A stretch of 63,659 nucleotides of DNA, the filler included. It is 9 parts of 9 records of this genome, joined end to end, with 100 filler letters (N's around TTAATTAATTAA, not from the genome) between each part and the next. Parts side by side here need not be neighbours in the genome. Positions count along the whole stretch, not along the records: positions 1 to 8,085 come from SRR7504441_9424; positions 8,186 to 16,217 come from SRR7504441_9429; 7 more parts are not named here. One strand, written 5' to 3'. Shown one piece after another: positions 1 through 11,745 of the stretch. Below the pieces are notes generated by a model. The model saw nothing but the letters and a program-made list of their open reading frames with translations. It made no database searches and was not told the origin of the DNA. The translations under genes were made by a program, and so were the position numbers. Position 1 is the stretch's first letter, and the number at the start of each line of letters is the position of its first letter.

Positions 1-110
1 GATTTTCGTTTATTGTATTACAACCACCTAGCTCTATAGTTGTTTGTCGTCACCGGTCAGCCGGTAGTTTGCACACGGGACTCCCGCCGTGGGGGATCGT
101 GGCGTGATTA

Positions 111-1727
111 ATGGGGCGGCTGCCGGGGCTGGTGGTGGTGGCGGACGACTTTGGTACGCGCACTGCCTCCCCGGCCGGCCGAGGCTGGCCCAGGGGCCTC
201 GCCGGCGCGCAACCGCGGGATCGTGCGGGCGGCCAGGCTCGGTGCAGTCCGGGCGGCCGGGCTGCTTGCCAACGGACCGGCCGCTCTCGAGGCGGTGTGA
301 GCCCGGGGAGCCGGCTGGACCAGGGGCAGGTGCGGCTGGCGGCCGGTGAGCCGATCGAGCTAGGGCTGCACATAAACCTAACCGAGGGTAGCCCGCTCCT
401 GCCGCCCGGGCGGGTGCCATCGCTGGTGGGGCCCGACGGCCGGCTGCGGGGCAAGATCGGGTTCCGACGGGCCTGGGCCGACGGGTTGGTCGACCCGGCG
501 GAGGCGGAGCTCGAGGTGGCAGCCCAGCTCCAGTGGTTCGAGGCCGAGTGCGGCCGGCCGCCCAGGTTCGCAGACGGGCACCAGCATGTGCACGTGCTCC
601 CCGGGCTGGCCGAGCGGGTGGCCCGGCTGCTGGCTCGGACCGGAGTCTGGTATACCCGGATCCCTTCCGAGCCTGGCCCTGGGGTGGCCCCTCCGCTCTG
701 CCCTGTGTGCGCAGAGGTTAGCGCTGCGGGTGAGGCCGCAAGGGCTGTGTACGCTGCGCACGGGGTGGGCGCCTCGGGCGGGTTCGTGGGGCTGTCGTTC
801 TGCGGCCGGAGTTACTCGGCCGAGCAGCTGGTGCAGGCGGTCCGGAGCCAGCTCGGGCGAGGGGCGGTTGAGCTCATGACTCACCCTGGGATGCCTGATC
901 CTGAAGGACCGGACCAGTTCAGCAGGTCAGTAGACAGAACGCGCGAGCTGGAGGTGCTGTGCAGCGATGAGCTCCGGCGGATGCTAGACGGGCTGGTTCT
1001 TTTGACCAGCGATCGGAGTGGGGGGGGCACAGATCAGCCGGTGGGGCATGGCATAATGCGTATGTGTAGCGGGGTGAGCAGCATGGTGGTGCGATCCATC
1101 TGGCAGTCCGGGCTGTCGCGGCGGGAGGCCAGCCGAGTGCTGATTAGGCTCAGGCTTGGGTCAAGATCGTGGGCAGCTTGCGTGGACAGCTTTGAGCCGT
1201 TCGGAGAGTACCGGCTTGGAGACCGATTCATGAGCACAGCCAGGTACACCATTGGTCAAGACGAGAGGGATTGCACTAAGGCTGAGAATGGCTGGACCGG
1301 GGTTGTGTTGGGAGAGCGAGTGGTGTCTGGCAGCTGCATTGAGGAATGGGTGGTTCATGTATCCGGTGGAGAGGCCGTGGTGGGCATCGCCCCTGTGGGG
1401 ACTGATGGAGCCTCGCTTCTTGCTTACGATGTCCCCGGTGCATACTCGCATTCTCAGAATGCATTAAAGTTCCACACCCGACCAGACGGCCAAAGGGATG
1501 ATAGTAAATGCAAGCATGGTGGCACATACATACATGAGGAGTATGGGCAATCTTGGGATGAGAACCAGACCATCAGGATTGTACTGGATATGCACAAGCA
1601 TGCCCTAAGCTTTGAATATAACGGGCAGGACATGGGAGTTGCCTTTGATGACGTATTGGTTGCCGAGTATACACTTATGGTCGGTTTGCATGGCAAAGCA
1701 ACACAAGTGAGAATACTCGAGCCTTGA
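111..1727 (+). CDS. YDJC: YdjC-family carbohydrate deacetylase running in frame into an F-box-like + SPRY/B30.2 region
   Basis: Removing introns 154-193 (40 nt) and 295-329 (35 nt) gives VVADDFGASPARNRGI...LGLHINLTEG...DGHQHVH...ELMTHPG, the YdjC motifs. The C-terminal part has a SPRY-like pattern (VVGIAP...YGQSW...IRIVLDM...LSFEYNGQDMGVAF). Confidence 0.75.
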   Translation: MGRLPGLVVVADDFGTRTASPAGRGWPRGLAGAQPRDRAGGQARCSPGGRAACQRTGRSRGGVSPGSRLDQGQVRLAAGEPIELGLHINLTEGSPLLPPGRVPSLVGPDGRLRGKIGFRRAWADGLVDPAEAELEVAAQLQWFEAECGRPPRFADGHQHVHVLPGLAERVARLLARTGVWYTRIPSEPGPGVAPPLCPVCAEVSAAGEAARAVYAAHGVGASGGFVGLSFCGRSYSAEQLVQAVRSQLGRGAVELMTHPGMPDPEGPDQFSRSVDRTRELEVLCSDELRRMLDGLVLLTSDRSGGGTDQPVGHGIMRMCSGVSSMVVRSIWQSGLSRREASRVLIRLRLGSRSWAACVDSFEPFGEYRLGDRFMSTARYTIGQDERDCTKAENGWTGVVLGERVVSGSCIEEWVVHVSGGEAVVGIAPVGTDGASLLAYDVPGAYSHSQNALKFHTRPDGQRDDSKCKHGGTYIHEEYGQSWDENQTIRIVLDMHKHALSFEYNGQDMGVAFDDVLVAEYTLMVGLHGKATQVRILEP

Positions 1728-2032
1728 CGCGATCGAACCGTTGTTGCTTCTTAATTGATTGCTTACAATCATGTATAATGACATTGTGTCTGAATCGTAA
1801 TCTCGGGCGATTTACATTACATAATTATGATTGTATTTAAAAAACATTTATTTAAATGACCCACAATCATCAACATTCAACAAAGGCCATCCATCTAAAG
1901 CCAAGATAACTGAGTACTAGTAGATTACTAGTATGCTTACGAGTATAATTGATAGGCAGCTGCTATAAACCTCATGAGTGAGTGCTCACGCAGACCGAGC
2001 GGAGTGCATTGAACGGCCCTTAATTGAGCAAG

Positions 2033-3013
2033 TCACTGACCGATACCTGGAGTCGGGGCTGGGGTTGCAATTACTGGCGGCGGTGGCGGTGGCGCGGGTG
2101 ACCCCCCGGAAGATTTTCCAATGACCCCAGCCATCACCAGCACCAGCACGATCAGTCCCACGCATAGCAGAGACCCGAGCACGACCGTGATCACCCGCTC
2201 TCGAATATCCATCAGCCTTAGCCTTCGGAGCAGATTGCTGCTCCGTGACACGCTCTCGCCAGACCGATCGATCTGCCCGGTCGTGAGCCCACAAGCGGCC
2301 CGGGCAGGCACGTGGCCGTCGATCCGGTGGATGGTTTCGCGGTCGTGTGCCAGCTGCTCCATGATTCCCATCCCCACCTCCTCGGTCTCCCTTATCTCTG
2401 CGAGCGACTGCCGCAGCTGGCCAGTGCCTGTGCCAAGGCTCACCACGCGGCGCTGCCGGGCCACCGCGGGCTAGCTTGGCCCGTTGCTGCTCGAAGACCA
2501 GAGACTTCTCCTCCCCCGGGTTCTGCGGCCGGCCCTCCGCCCGGCCCCGGCCTGCGCGCACCCCTGGGCTCACAGGCTCCACGAACAGCGATTGGCCCGC
2601 CGCGTTGTCCCGAGCGTTCCGTTGGTACTGCCGGGCCGGCTCCGGGGGGGTGGTGGTGGTGGGGCGGGCGCCTTGATCTCGTCGTTGAGTTTGGTGACTT
2701 CCTTCTTGTAGTTGGTTATCCGCTGCTGGGCGGCGGTCTTGTCGGCTCCGGACAGCTCCATCACGGCCACATCCAGGTCCTGTTGCTGCGGCCCGACCGT
2801 CGGCCCGCCCGATCGGGTCCGGGCACCATCTCGCGCAGCTCGCTCACCAGCCCCTCGCAAGACTTGATCCCCTGGAGCTTCTCGTCTGCCCCACAGGCTC
2901 AGCTGGGCCGTGCAGGGGCCCGTACCGCTCGAGCTGGTCTTGAGCCTCTGGAGCTGGGCGGTGAGCTGCTGGAGTGTCGACCGGAACTCATCCTCGTACC
3001 GTTCAAACGACAT
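2033..3013 (-). CDS. VTI1: VTI1-type Qb-SNARE (multi-exon)
   Basis: N-terminus MSFERYEDEF (Habc domain), SNARE motif ETEEVGMGIMEQLAHDRETIHRI, C-terminal TM VITVVLGSLLCVGLIVLVLV. Frames are joined by ~40-nt introns. Confidence 0.8.
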
Positions 3014-3091
3014 CGCTGCCCGGCACCCGCTGCTTTCCAAGGGTGAGTTTCGGGTCCCACCGCTTCTTCCGTTGCCAGTGAGATCCAGGCA

Positions 3092-4996
3092 ATGCGAATG
3101 CGTTCACTGTGCGTCCTGGTGCTCTGCGGGACGGGGTGGGGGCTGCAGATGTACCGGCCGATCGGGATGCGCGAGCCGTTCCTGATCTTTTCACAATCCG
3201 GGCCGATCGGGGCCGGCACCCCGCCGGAGGGCCTCACCGCCCCGCTGGTCTCACTGGATCGCCTGCTGGCTCGTTGGCCCCCGGCCGAGCCCCCGGTGCT
3301 GGTGCTTCCTCCGGCCAACTACACCCCGGCCCTGATAGACCGGCTCGCCCCGCACCTGGCCGGGCTCATCCTGCCCATACATGCGCTCTCGGGCCCGGCC
3401 GCAAGCTCGCCGGCCGCCGTCTTCCCCAACCGGGCCTGGGGCGTCGACCCGGAGGCCGATGTCGCCTGGAACCCGGCCGGCAGTGGCACGCTCAAGGCGG
3501 CCGGCCGGTTTGTGACGCTCTCGGTCAGACAGCCCGACTGGGTCGAGCTCAATCAGCTGGCCGGCAAGAGTGAAGGGTGGCCGAGGTGGGCCGTCCGGAT
3601 CAAAGCGCCCATGTGGGGCAGCGGCCCGCCTGAGACTTGCCTCCGGCGCAAGTTTTGCGACCCGATCGGCGGGGTGAACATGCTGGCCGGGCTCCAGCCG
3701 TTCAACCAGACCCTAGTAGACGGCAAGCCGTTGCTCCTGGCAATGGCCTCGCTCGATGCGGATGCGCCGGTTCGGGGCGACGCCGTGGGCGCGCGCGGGG
3801 TGGCCGGGGCGATAGGGCTGGCTGCGGCCGCAATGGCGCTGTCCGAGTGCACCCGGCCGGAGGGGCGGGCTAGCGAGTTGCTGCTTGGGCTGACTGACGC
3901 CGACAGCTGGGGTTACACGGGGGCACGGAAAATGGTTCAGCAGCTGGGCCAGCCTGACCCGATTGCGCCGTACCTGCTGATCGGCAGTCAGCCGAACCAG
4001 CCGGTCGAGGGCACCGGCGGCATGCTTGAGCGCGTGACTGCCGCCATAGGTGTCGGGGCCGTGGGCGGCCAGTCGGGGTTATTCTCACACATACACCAGC
4101 CAGGTCGAGGGCACCGGCGGCGGAGTACTGGGACGGCGGCCGCGCGGCTCCAGGCGCAGTTGGCTGGGTACGCCCCGGCTGCCGCGCCTGGGTTTGGGGT
4201 GCCGCCGGCCGGGCTGCACGCGCTGCTGCTGGCCAAGCCGGAGATGGCGGCTGTGTTGCTCTCTGAGGACGCTGGTCCGCCCATGGCCAACAAGTTTGTC
4301 GGCTCACAGTTCGACGACGCGCGCAACGTGAACCTATCGGCGGCTGTCGAGGCGAGCCGGACGCTCTCTAGGGCACTGTTCACACTCACAGCGGCTGACC
4401 CGACCAGCGACGCGGCTGATCAGTGCGCCGCGGCCGTGAACGGATCGATGGTCCTCGGCTGGTGCCGTGCGCTTGGGCCAGCCCGGAGCGGGGGCAGGTT
4501 GGCCTGGGCGGTGGGCAGCAAGGAGTGCGGCCCGGTCTGCGAGCAGCTGAGCGCGCTGTACGGGCCAGGCCCAGTCAACTCTTACAGCTCTATCGTGCGG
4601 TGAGAGCCGTGGCACGAGCCCCGGCTGAGAGTGGCCGGCAGGCCGGCGCTGAGCTCGCGGCTGGCCAAGAGCATATTGGACCAGTTTGAGCTGACTGGGA
4701 TGCCGATGCTGCTCACGCAAGCTGTCTCACCCGGTGCCCGCTCAACCGGCTCGACCGCTTGACCGAGTGCAGGGCTCAAGAAGAGCTGGCGCCGCCGGAA
4801 CTGGCAAGTAGTCGACCAGAACGAGCCGTTATACACGGAGAGCCGCTGGAAGGGCACGTCGCTCGAGCTGTTGCAGCAGGACAACTGGGCGCTGGAGTGG
4901 CTGGTGCTGCTGGCTGGGATAGGGACCAATGTGGGATTCTATTTCGAGTTCCGGTGGGTTCTCGGGAAATGGAACAATGCGGCACACGTTGACTAG
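3092..4996 (+). CDS. NCSTN: Nicastrin (gamma-secretase subunit)
   Basis: Signal peptide, CDPIGGVNM, WGYTGARKMV, PPAGLHALL and NKFVGSQFDD. After introns (e.g. 4600-4641) comes YTESRWK plus a single TM helix; stop TAG at 4994-4996. Confidence 0.85.
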
Positions 4997-5086
4997 TACT
5001 AGACTACTACTCAATTAGTGGTCGATTACATGTGTGATAAACATGTTTATTTCTCGCTATGTCCCATCTAACTGTGTCATCGCCTG

Positions 5087-7902
5087 TTATGAATAGCTAG
5101 CAAACGGTACCTCTGGGTCAGCGAATGACATGATGAAGTCGTCCCCATTGATGATCCCGGTGGTCAGCACAATCATCTCCCGGTTGACTTGCTTGGCCAC
5201 TCGCCGCACCTCCTGCAGCCGCCAGCAACTCACACGCCTCACTGTTAAATCATTACCGATATCTCCGCCCGGGTACAGCCTCCGCTGAACAGCACAAACA
5301 CAGGCCCGTCGTCCTGTGACCCACTGCTCGAGCCTGACCCGGGCAAGGCACACCTGGCCTCCCGCTCCGGCCTCGTCCCTCACGTCCCCAGGGATCCGGG
5401 ATAAGCTATCTTTGTTCCAGTTCGGCCCTAAGGCCAGCGGCACCAGCCGGGCCACCAGCGGCATCAGCATCATATACCTGCAGCGGCTCACCCAGCGCCC
5501 AGATAATATTCATTATCGCAAGTAAAATAATAGCAACACACCCGGCGCTGAACTTGGTCTCATCAAATGGGTCGGCCACCAGTTCAAACTGGGCCCGCAC
5601 CTTGTCCCAGGCCGTGTCCATCAGCCCGTGCGCCGCCCGCCACGACATGTTGCCCGAGAGCAGCCCAGCCGCCTCGAGCGCCTGGAGCAGGCTCATCGTG
5701 CCGTACCCGTAGTTCTGCCCCAGGCTCGCGCCGGCCATTCAGCCGACCACCTGCAGCATGGCCAAGCGAAACTCATCCAAGTCGTCAGCACGCATCCCGT
5801 CCGAAGTGAGCGTGACCAGGCAGAGCAGCCGGAGCGCGCGCACCATGGGCTGCAGCCCGGCCCCACGGGCCATCAGCTCGTGTATGTGATCCGTGATCTC
5901 GTCCCGGTGCTCCCTGCACTAGCTCAGCTCTTAGCCTCATTGCCAAGGATGCCTGTAATAGTTTAACCCGTACAGCCCATGCTCCATGTTCTGCCCACCA
6001 CTCACCGGCACCCGCAGACCGGCCTGCCTTGGTGTCGAGCAGTCTGACTGCCGTGCTTGCCTGGTGGAACACAGCCGCATTGATCTTGTCCAAAAGTAGC
6101 TTGTGCGCCCTCCACAGAGGCTCCTCCGCCTGCAGCTTTGGCAGCTTGTTCTGCACAAACTCGAGCACCAGCGCAGTCCCGGCTTTCTCGGCTTTCAGTT
6201 GATCAAAATCGTCTCGGATCTGCCAAAGGCTCCGGCCCGGGCTCTGCCGCCCGCACCCGGTCTAACTCGGTCGCCCAGCTGGCCAGCCTCGCCCGCGCCG
6301 CGTCCAGAGACAAGTCCTGGCACTCTCGCCATATCGGGTCGCCTACTGTGAACGGGAGCTCGGCTTGTCCATCGGCAGCCACCGCGCTGGACGCCGCCGC
6401 CAGTGAACCAAACACCTGTGTCCGGTCAGCCGCGTGGGTTGGCTGCTCACCTCTTCCACAATCCCTCCGTACGAGAGCTGGGTGCACAGCGTCGAGACCA
6501 AGTCCAGGCTCCGGTCCAACACCACAAGCCGGGCGCGCGCAGGCATATCTACCGCCCGTCTGGAGGCCGGCAGGCCACCGGCTGGACCTTCGGACGGTGC
6601 TGTCTTGTCTTCCGCACGGAGGGCGATCAGAGTGTCCACCTGTCCCGCGATCAGGCCGGCGACCCGAGCAGCGCACCACGCGGGAGGAGAAGTCGCCCTT
6701 GGCCTGCAGCCTGTGGAATCGGCCCATCAGCAGCTCCAGTCTGTGCAGCCCGTGTGCAAGCTCCGTCGCAAGCACTGCCTTTGCCCCGGCCGGCATCCCG
6801 TCGCAGCTGCCCAGGGCTCAGCCCCGGCAGGCCAGACGGCCACCCGGAGTTCAGCTCCATCGACCACACGTCCGCGGCGGTCGGGACAAATGCGAGCGGT
6901 AGAGGCACCAGCTGGGCGTCTATCGTACCAGTTGGATCGAGCTCGGCCAGCCGGGTGAGAAATTTGTGCTGTGCGAGGAGGTCACAGTTCGGACAGCAGG
7001 CCACCGTGTACTCGAGCCCGGCCGGGTGCTGCTTGGCGTGCGCCGCGATCAGCTCGGCCACCCTTGCGACCATCTGAGGCTCTGGGCGGGCCACAAACAC
7101 CAGGTGGCGCGCCTGGAGGAGCAGACGGTCGGAGCCAGGCTGACCAAGCGTGTAGTGGTCCACGTGCGGCGAGCTCTCCCACAGCCCGGGCGGGGCCCCC
7201 AGCTGGACCATCACCTCCAACCCCACCGAGCAGTACACCATGGCAGTGGGCGCAGGCTCCCTTCTGCCCGGTGTGACCAGTCCCTGCAGGTCAGCGGCGC
7301 ACAGCTGCTGCAGCCGGCCAGTCCGAGAACCCCGATCGTACCTGCCCGGCGGTGGGCGTGCCGCACGCGCCCGGGGCACCGGGGCTTGTAGCTGGTCGTG
7401 TAAGAAGGTGGGAGCGGCACCAGGTACACCTCAGACGGCAGCTCGGCCGCCGCCGTCGCCACCGGCCCGGCCCGGGAGCTCTTGACGATGTGAGTGCACC
7501 ACTCCTTCATCGAGGGTTCCGGCTCGGGCCCAGGCCGCACCCTCCAGATCGCCTCCTGGCCGGCCGCCCGCAGATAGAGAACCTCGTCGTGCACCTGCGG
7601 CCGCTCGCCGGTGGCCGGCTGCTCGGCATGGCCTGGGAGGCGATCTCGGCGAGCGGCAGGCTGAGCTTGAGCGTGCCCTGCTTGTTCCGGAAGGCGAGCA
7701 GCTCGCCGTTGTCGATCTGCATGGTCCGGTCCTTCCAGCCCCAGTTGGTCTCGCCCTTGAGCTGGACCCGTGAGACGAATTGAACCGGCTCGACAGACTC
7801 CCAATCCTCCCCGGCCGCGGGCTGGGCCTGCACCGACGACCGGGGGCTCGGACCGGTCCGCTGCTCGCTCGCGCTCGGGATCTCCTGTGTGAACAGGTTC
7901 AT
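5087..7902 (-). CDS. VPS33: Sec1/Munc18 family, VPS33-like protein with N-terminal PH domain
   Basis: HLVFVARPE, LVVLDRSLDLVSTLCTQLSYGGIVEE and C-terminal MIVLTTGIINGDDFI are VPS33-like. A PH-like N-terminus (LKGETNWGWKDRTMQI...MKEWCTHI) is linked through 38-nt introns 7595-7632 and 7392-7429. Confidence 0.75.
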
Positions 7903-8085
7903 CTCCCTCCACACACCCTCTCCACACGACCTTGGCGCGGCCGGTGCCACCGCGGCGGTGTCGGTCCGTTACTATTATAATGGCTGAGCGGGCACACAGC
8001 ACGACAGCACAAGAGTCCGCACCGCTCAGCAGCAGGCTCGAGCTCCCAGGACGGAAGGCAGCGCCAGGACGGCGGCCAACACTCG

Positions 8086-8185
8086 NNNNNNNNNNNNNNN
8101 NNNNNNNNNNNNNNNNNNNNNNNNNNNNNTTAATTAATTAANNNNNNNNNNNNNNNNNNNNNNNNNNNNNNNNNNNNNNNNNNNN
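8086..8185. other. Artificial contig linker (N44-TTAATTAATTAA-N44)
   Basis: The identical 100-nt six-frame-stop spacer recurs eight times. Confidence 0.99.
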
Positions 8186-8222
8186 CTAGGATTTGAAAAT
8201 AAAAACTCTCTTTATGGTTGTG

Positions 8223-9452
8223 TCAGTTCATGTTACCTACCGATTTGGCCATTGTGGCGGATCGTGGCACTGTGTCTTGAACTCCGATTACCGAAGAATG
8301 TTGCTGCAACGCTAAGCTAAGCCCACACGCATCAAAGTCAAACTTTCCGTCGTGTGCTGCTCTCGGCGCTTCAAACAAGTCTGTGACTGCGTCCCTTCTG
8401 AGCTTGTGAGCCCGCATCTTGGGAGTGCACCCGTCCATGTCTTGAGCTGACAGGTCACTTGCCTCCATCAACTCTGCACAACACTTGCTAGAGCCGACAC
8501 AGACGGCCCAGTGCATGGCAGTCCGAGCTTGTTTGTCCTGCAGCAGCGCCGAGCACTTGGCCTCGACCAGCATCTTGACCACCGGCGGGCTGCTCGACGC
8601 CTGCCCCGCCCTGAGCCCAGCCACCGAGCGTGCTCCCACCGCTGCCAGCATCAGCAGACTCATCCCTGAGCTCGGCAGCTGGCTATTTAGAATCAGCTCC
8701 CGTCCCGATCCCTCAGGGAGCGCCCGGAGGGCCTCTGCCATCAGCTCGGGCGACCCATGCTCGGCCGCATCGCGCAGCCCCATCTGGAGCCGGCAGTGGG
8801 CTCTGGCCTTGTACTGCTGCTGCCGGAGCAGCGCCGCACCGTGCGCCGATCCCTGCTTGCTGTGCCTTCCGCGCGGGGCGGTAGCGCTGGCCTGCAGCGG
8901 CAACAGTCCGGCCACCTCGGACCACTCGCCGGCCGACCCCATCGCCGGCTCCGACCCTTGCTGCGGGTTCAGACCGCGCACCCTAAAACTGTGCCGCTCC
9001 AGCGAGTCCAGATACCCGACCTGCCCCGGCTCCGCCCCGGCCCCAGCGGCGGCGGGCGCCTCGTAGTAGCGCTGCGCGCCCTTCCCCCCCTGCGGTACCT
9101 TCTCGACCCGCAAATCCCGCCCGCACCGGCTCTCGACCTCGTAGCCGCCGTACTTTAAGCCTTTGGGGGGCAAGTCCCAGCTCACGCTGCCCACCGATTA
9201 ATCGGGCCCACAGCGGGCGTACCGGAGGTGCTTGTACCACAGGTCGCCCTTGATTACGCTGATTGTCACGTTCGCGGGCGCGGGGAGCGGGCTCTTAGCC
9301 GGCGGCGGCATGGTGCGCGGGGGCGGCTCAGTCTGGCTCCTGGGCCGGACGGCTGGCGGCTCGGGGTTCGATTCGGGCTGGCTAAACCAGGCCGCCTTGC
9401 CCCGCGGCCTGTCCATCATCGCTTTGGCTCGAACAGCTGCGCTGGGTTCCAT
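8223..9452 (-). CDS. Fibronectin type III + ankyrin repeat protein
   Basis: FN3-like PAPANVTIS..VSWDLP..YEVE..HSFRVRGLN..GEWSE, then ankyrin motifs GMSLLMLAA, QDKQARTAMHWA and QDMDGCTP. Confidence 0.6.
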
Positions 9453-9562
9453 CTTGTTGTGCGGCAAGGCGGATGAAGTTTCAGTGTTTCACAGACGATG
9501 CGATGCCGTTGTCAACTGAATCAGTTGCAGGTAGACCTGCAAGGAGGTAGACCTGCAAGGAG

Positions 9563-10582
9563 ATGGACGAACTGGAGGCGGCCAACCAGGAGCTGCGCGA
9601 GAGCCAGGCCGAGCTCCGGCTGCAGCTCCAGCTCGAGCGGAGACTCAGCTGCCAGCTCCAGCGGCTCCTCGACGAGCGCTGCCCGGAGATCTCCCAAGAG
9701 GAATTTGGCCGAATGCGCGAGCAATTCCCCCGGGCTGTCCTAACCGCCCAAAAGTACGGCTGGAGCCAGGAGCGGTGCGTGGACGCGGCCCGCCGGCTGG
9801 AGCTCGAGTTCGCTGGGCGGGGCCTGACCGCGCAAGACGATCGGGACTGCTTTGCGCTGGACTGGGTGGTCAAAGCCATCCAGAGCGACAAGATGCAGCA
9901 ACACTCGCAGAAGCGCGGGCTGTTCAAGGCGCTCCGGTGCATCACCAACCAGGCCGAGCAGGCGCTGCTGGGGGACCTGGTCGGGCGTTGGGCCAGTCAG
10001 GCCAGCGAACAGCTCAGCGGGCTGTACGACCGTTACCTCCGCAAATATCAGCGGGCGATGCTGTGCGGGAAAAAGTATGACTGGAGTACCGGAAGGTGCG
10101 TCAAGTTTGGGCGAACGATCGATGCGCAGATCAAGCAAGACAGAGTGGCCAGTGACGACATGGCAGCATACGCAGTGGAGCTAGTAGTCAAGGCGATACA
10201 AGCTGAGAAACTGCAGGCACATAACCGTCAGCGCGGGCTGGCACGGATCGTGAGGCTCTGGCAAAACCAGCTAGAACTAGCCCTGATGGGCCAGGTGGTC
10301 GGGCGCTGGGCCAGCACCGCTGTGTGTGAGCTGCAGGCCGACTTCGACCGATTCCTCTCAAAGTTTCAGCGGGCGATGCTCTGTGGCCGTAAATACGAAT
10401 GGAGCCGGGTCCGGTGTGTAGAGGAAGGTGGCAAGATCGAGGCCGAGCTAGCCTCGAAGGGAGTTGCTGAAGACCAGCAGGCGGCTGCTGCAGTGGACTT
10501 GGTGGTGGCGATTATCAAGGCCGAGAAGGCCGCAGCTATCAAAGCTTTGAAGGATGACATGCAGGATGGGTCGGCCCAGTGA
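9563..10582 (+). CDS. Hypothetical protein: coiled coil + 2.5 tandem ~106-aa repeats
   Basis: Open 339-aa frame. [FY]xRA..KY.WS..RCV...VVKAI..K recurs three times. Confidence 0.7.
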   Translation: MDELEAANQELRESQAELRLQLQLERRLSCQLQRLLDERCPEISQEEFGRMREQFPRAVLTAQKYGWSQERCVDAARRLELEFAGRGLTAQDDRDCFALDWVVKAIQSDKMQQHSQKRGLFKALRCITNQAEQALLGDLVGRWASQASEQLSGLYDRYLRKYQRAMLCGKKYDWSTGRCVKFGRTIDAQIKQDRVASDDMAAYAVELVVKAIQAEKLQAHNRQRGLARIVRLWQNQLELALMGQVVGRWASTAVCELQADFDRFLSKFQRAMLCGRKYEWSRVRCVEEGGKIEAELASKGVAEDQQAAAAVDLVVAIIKAEKAAAIKALKDDMQDGSAQ

Positions 10583-11043
10583 ATGTTCAGATATAGTGAT
10601 ATACGAATAGATACACGCAAACTCAAGCTACCCCAGCCGCCAAGTGCTATGCCCCCACAGCGGCAGTCATCTATCTACGTATCTAGCATTGTAATATTTA
10701 GTATCAACATACAACGTATCATTTCAGTACGATAATAATTTTAATACTTGCAAGTATGATTTTAATACGCAGTATGCGCTTAACCCTTGCTAGTAGCCTC
10801 CATGCGATCCTCTGCCGGCCACACGGTCACCTCCGAGGAGGCAAGCTCACAGACCAATGTTCATTGTGGGGTGGAAGCGGCGCACCGGCGGTTGAGCCCC
10901 TTCGACTACCCTTCGACACAATATTATTACCGCTTAGATACGGCTTTAAGGGGTGTTTATGAGCAATGATACTCGTATGTACTGTATGTACATGTACAGT
11001 CATTAATTATTATGGGTCCCATAGGACCCGCTAGAATCGGTAG

Positions 11044-11367
11044 TTTACTCGGGGCACCGATCAATCCAGCTGGACCACAGTGGATGTTGCACCAGAGCAT
11101 TGGCAGGATGTGGAACTCAGCTTCACCACCGGGGCGGGTCAAATCGACATTCAAATGTGGTCAGACGCCAACGAGTGCATCGACGTCGTCAACGTTGTAA
11201 TCGAGCAATGCACTCCCACCTATGATGTCAATTCTCCCAGCTCAGTTGCGTACGTAGTAGGCGGGGATCATACTTACGAATACGCAACTACAGCTGGAAC
11301 TGGATCTGGCAGTGGATCTGCAGTGGAACTGATACAAGATGACTTGGACGAGATCATGGAAGAGTAA
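11044..11367 (+). pseudogene. Orphan exon or degenerate gene fragment (beta-rich, CBM-like)
   Basis: Protein-like frame WQDVELSFTTGAGQIDIQMWSD ends at TAA 11365-11367. I could not build a clean upstream exon chain. Confidence 0.25.
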
Positions 11368-11745
11368 GTTTGTCCAACAATGTGTCACGGCTTTGCCGGA
11401 ATCGAAACCTGAAAGACAAATCTAAATCCGAAGTTGTGTCTCTCTAATTATCTAAATAATAGAAAACTCGAAAAACAGAGTTTGATTAAGCACACGTAAA
11501 AATGAACATGAGTTAAATTCACGTACTCATTTGACTTCTTTTAAGACCGCGGTGCGTACTCAGCTTACACACTCGCAAATGATCGAGTTGCTTTCGTTGT
11601 CATCAATTTTGCAAATGTGCTCAATCACACGATGATGAATAAACTCAAACTAACTCATCAGGTTTCATTGATGGTAATAATGCAAGTATCTTACAAGTAT
11701 CTAGTGTTCCAGGTGCAGCAAGTATGCATGCCGGAGCTCCTGCCG

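Noticed and set aside
4600-4641. In-frame TGA stops in nicastrin and other genes as possible Sec or an alternative code
   Set aside because: They fall inside GT-AG introns (GTGA donors, CTGA branch sites), and TGA serves as a normal stop elsewhere. Only the Prx5 TGA is exonic at a Cys position.
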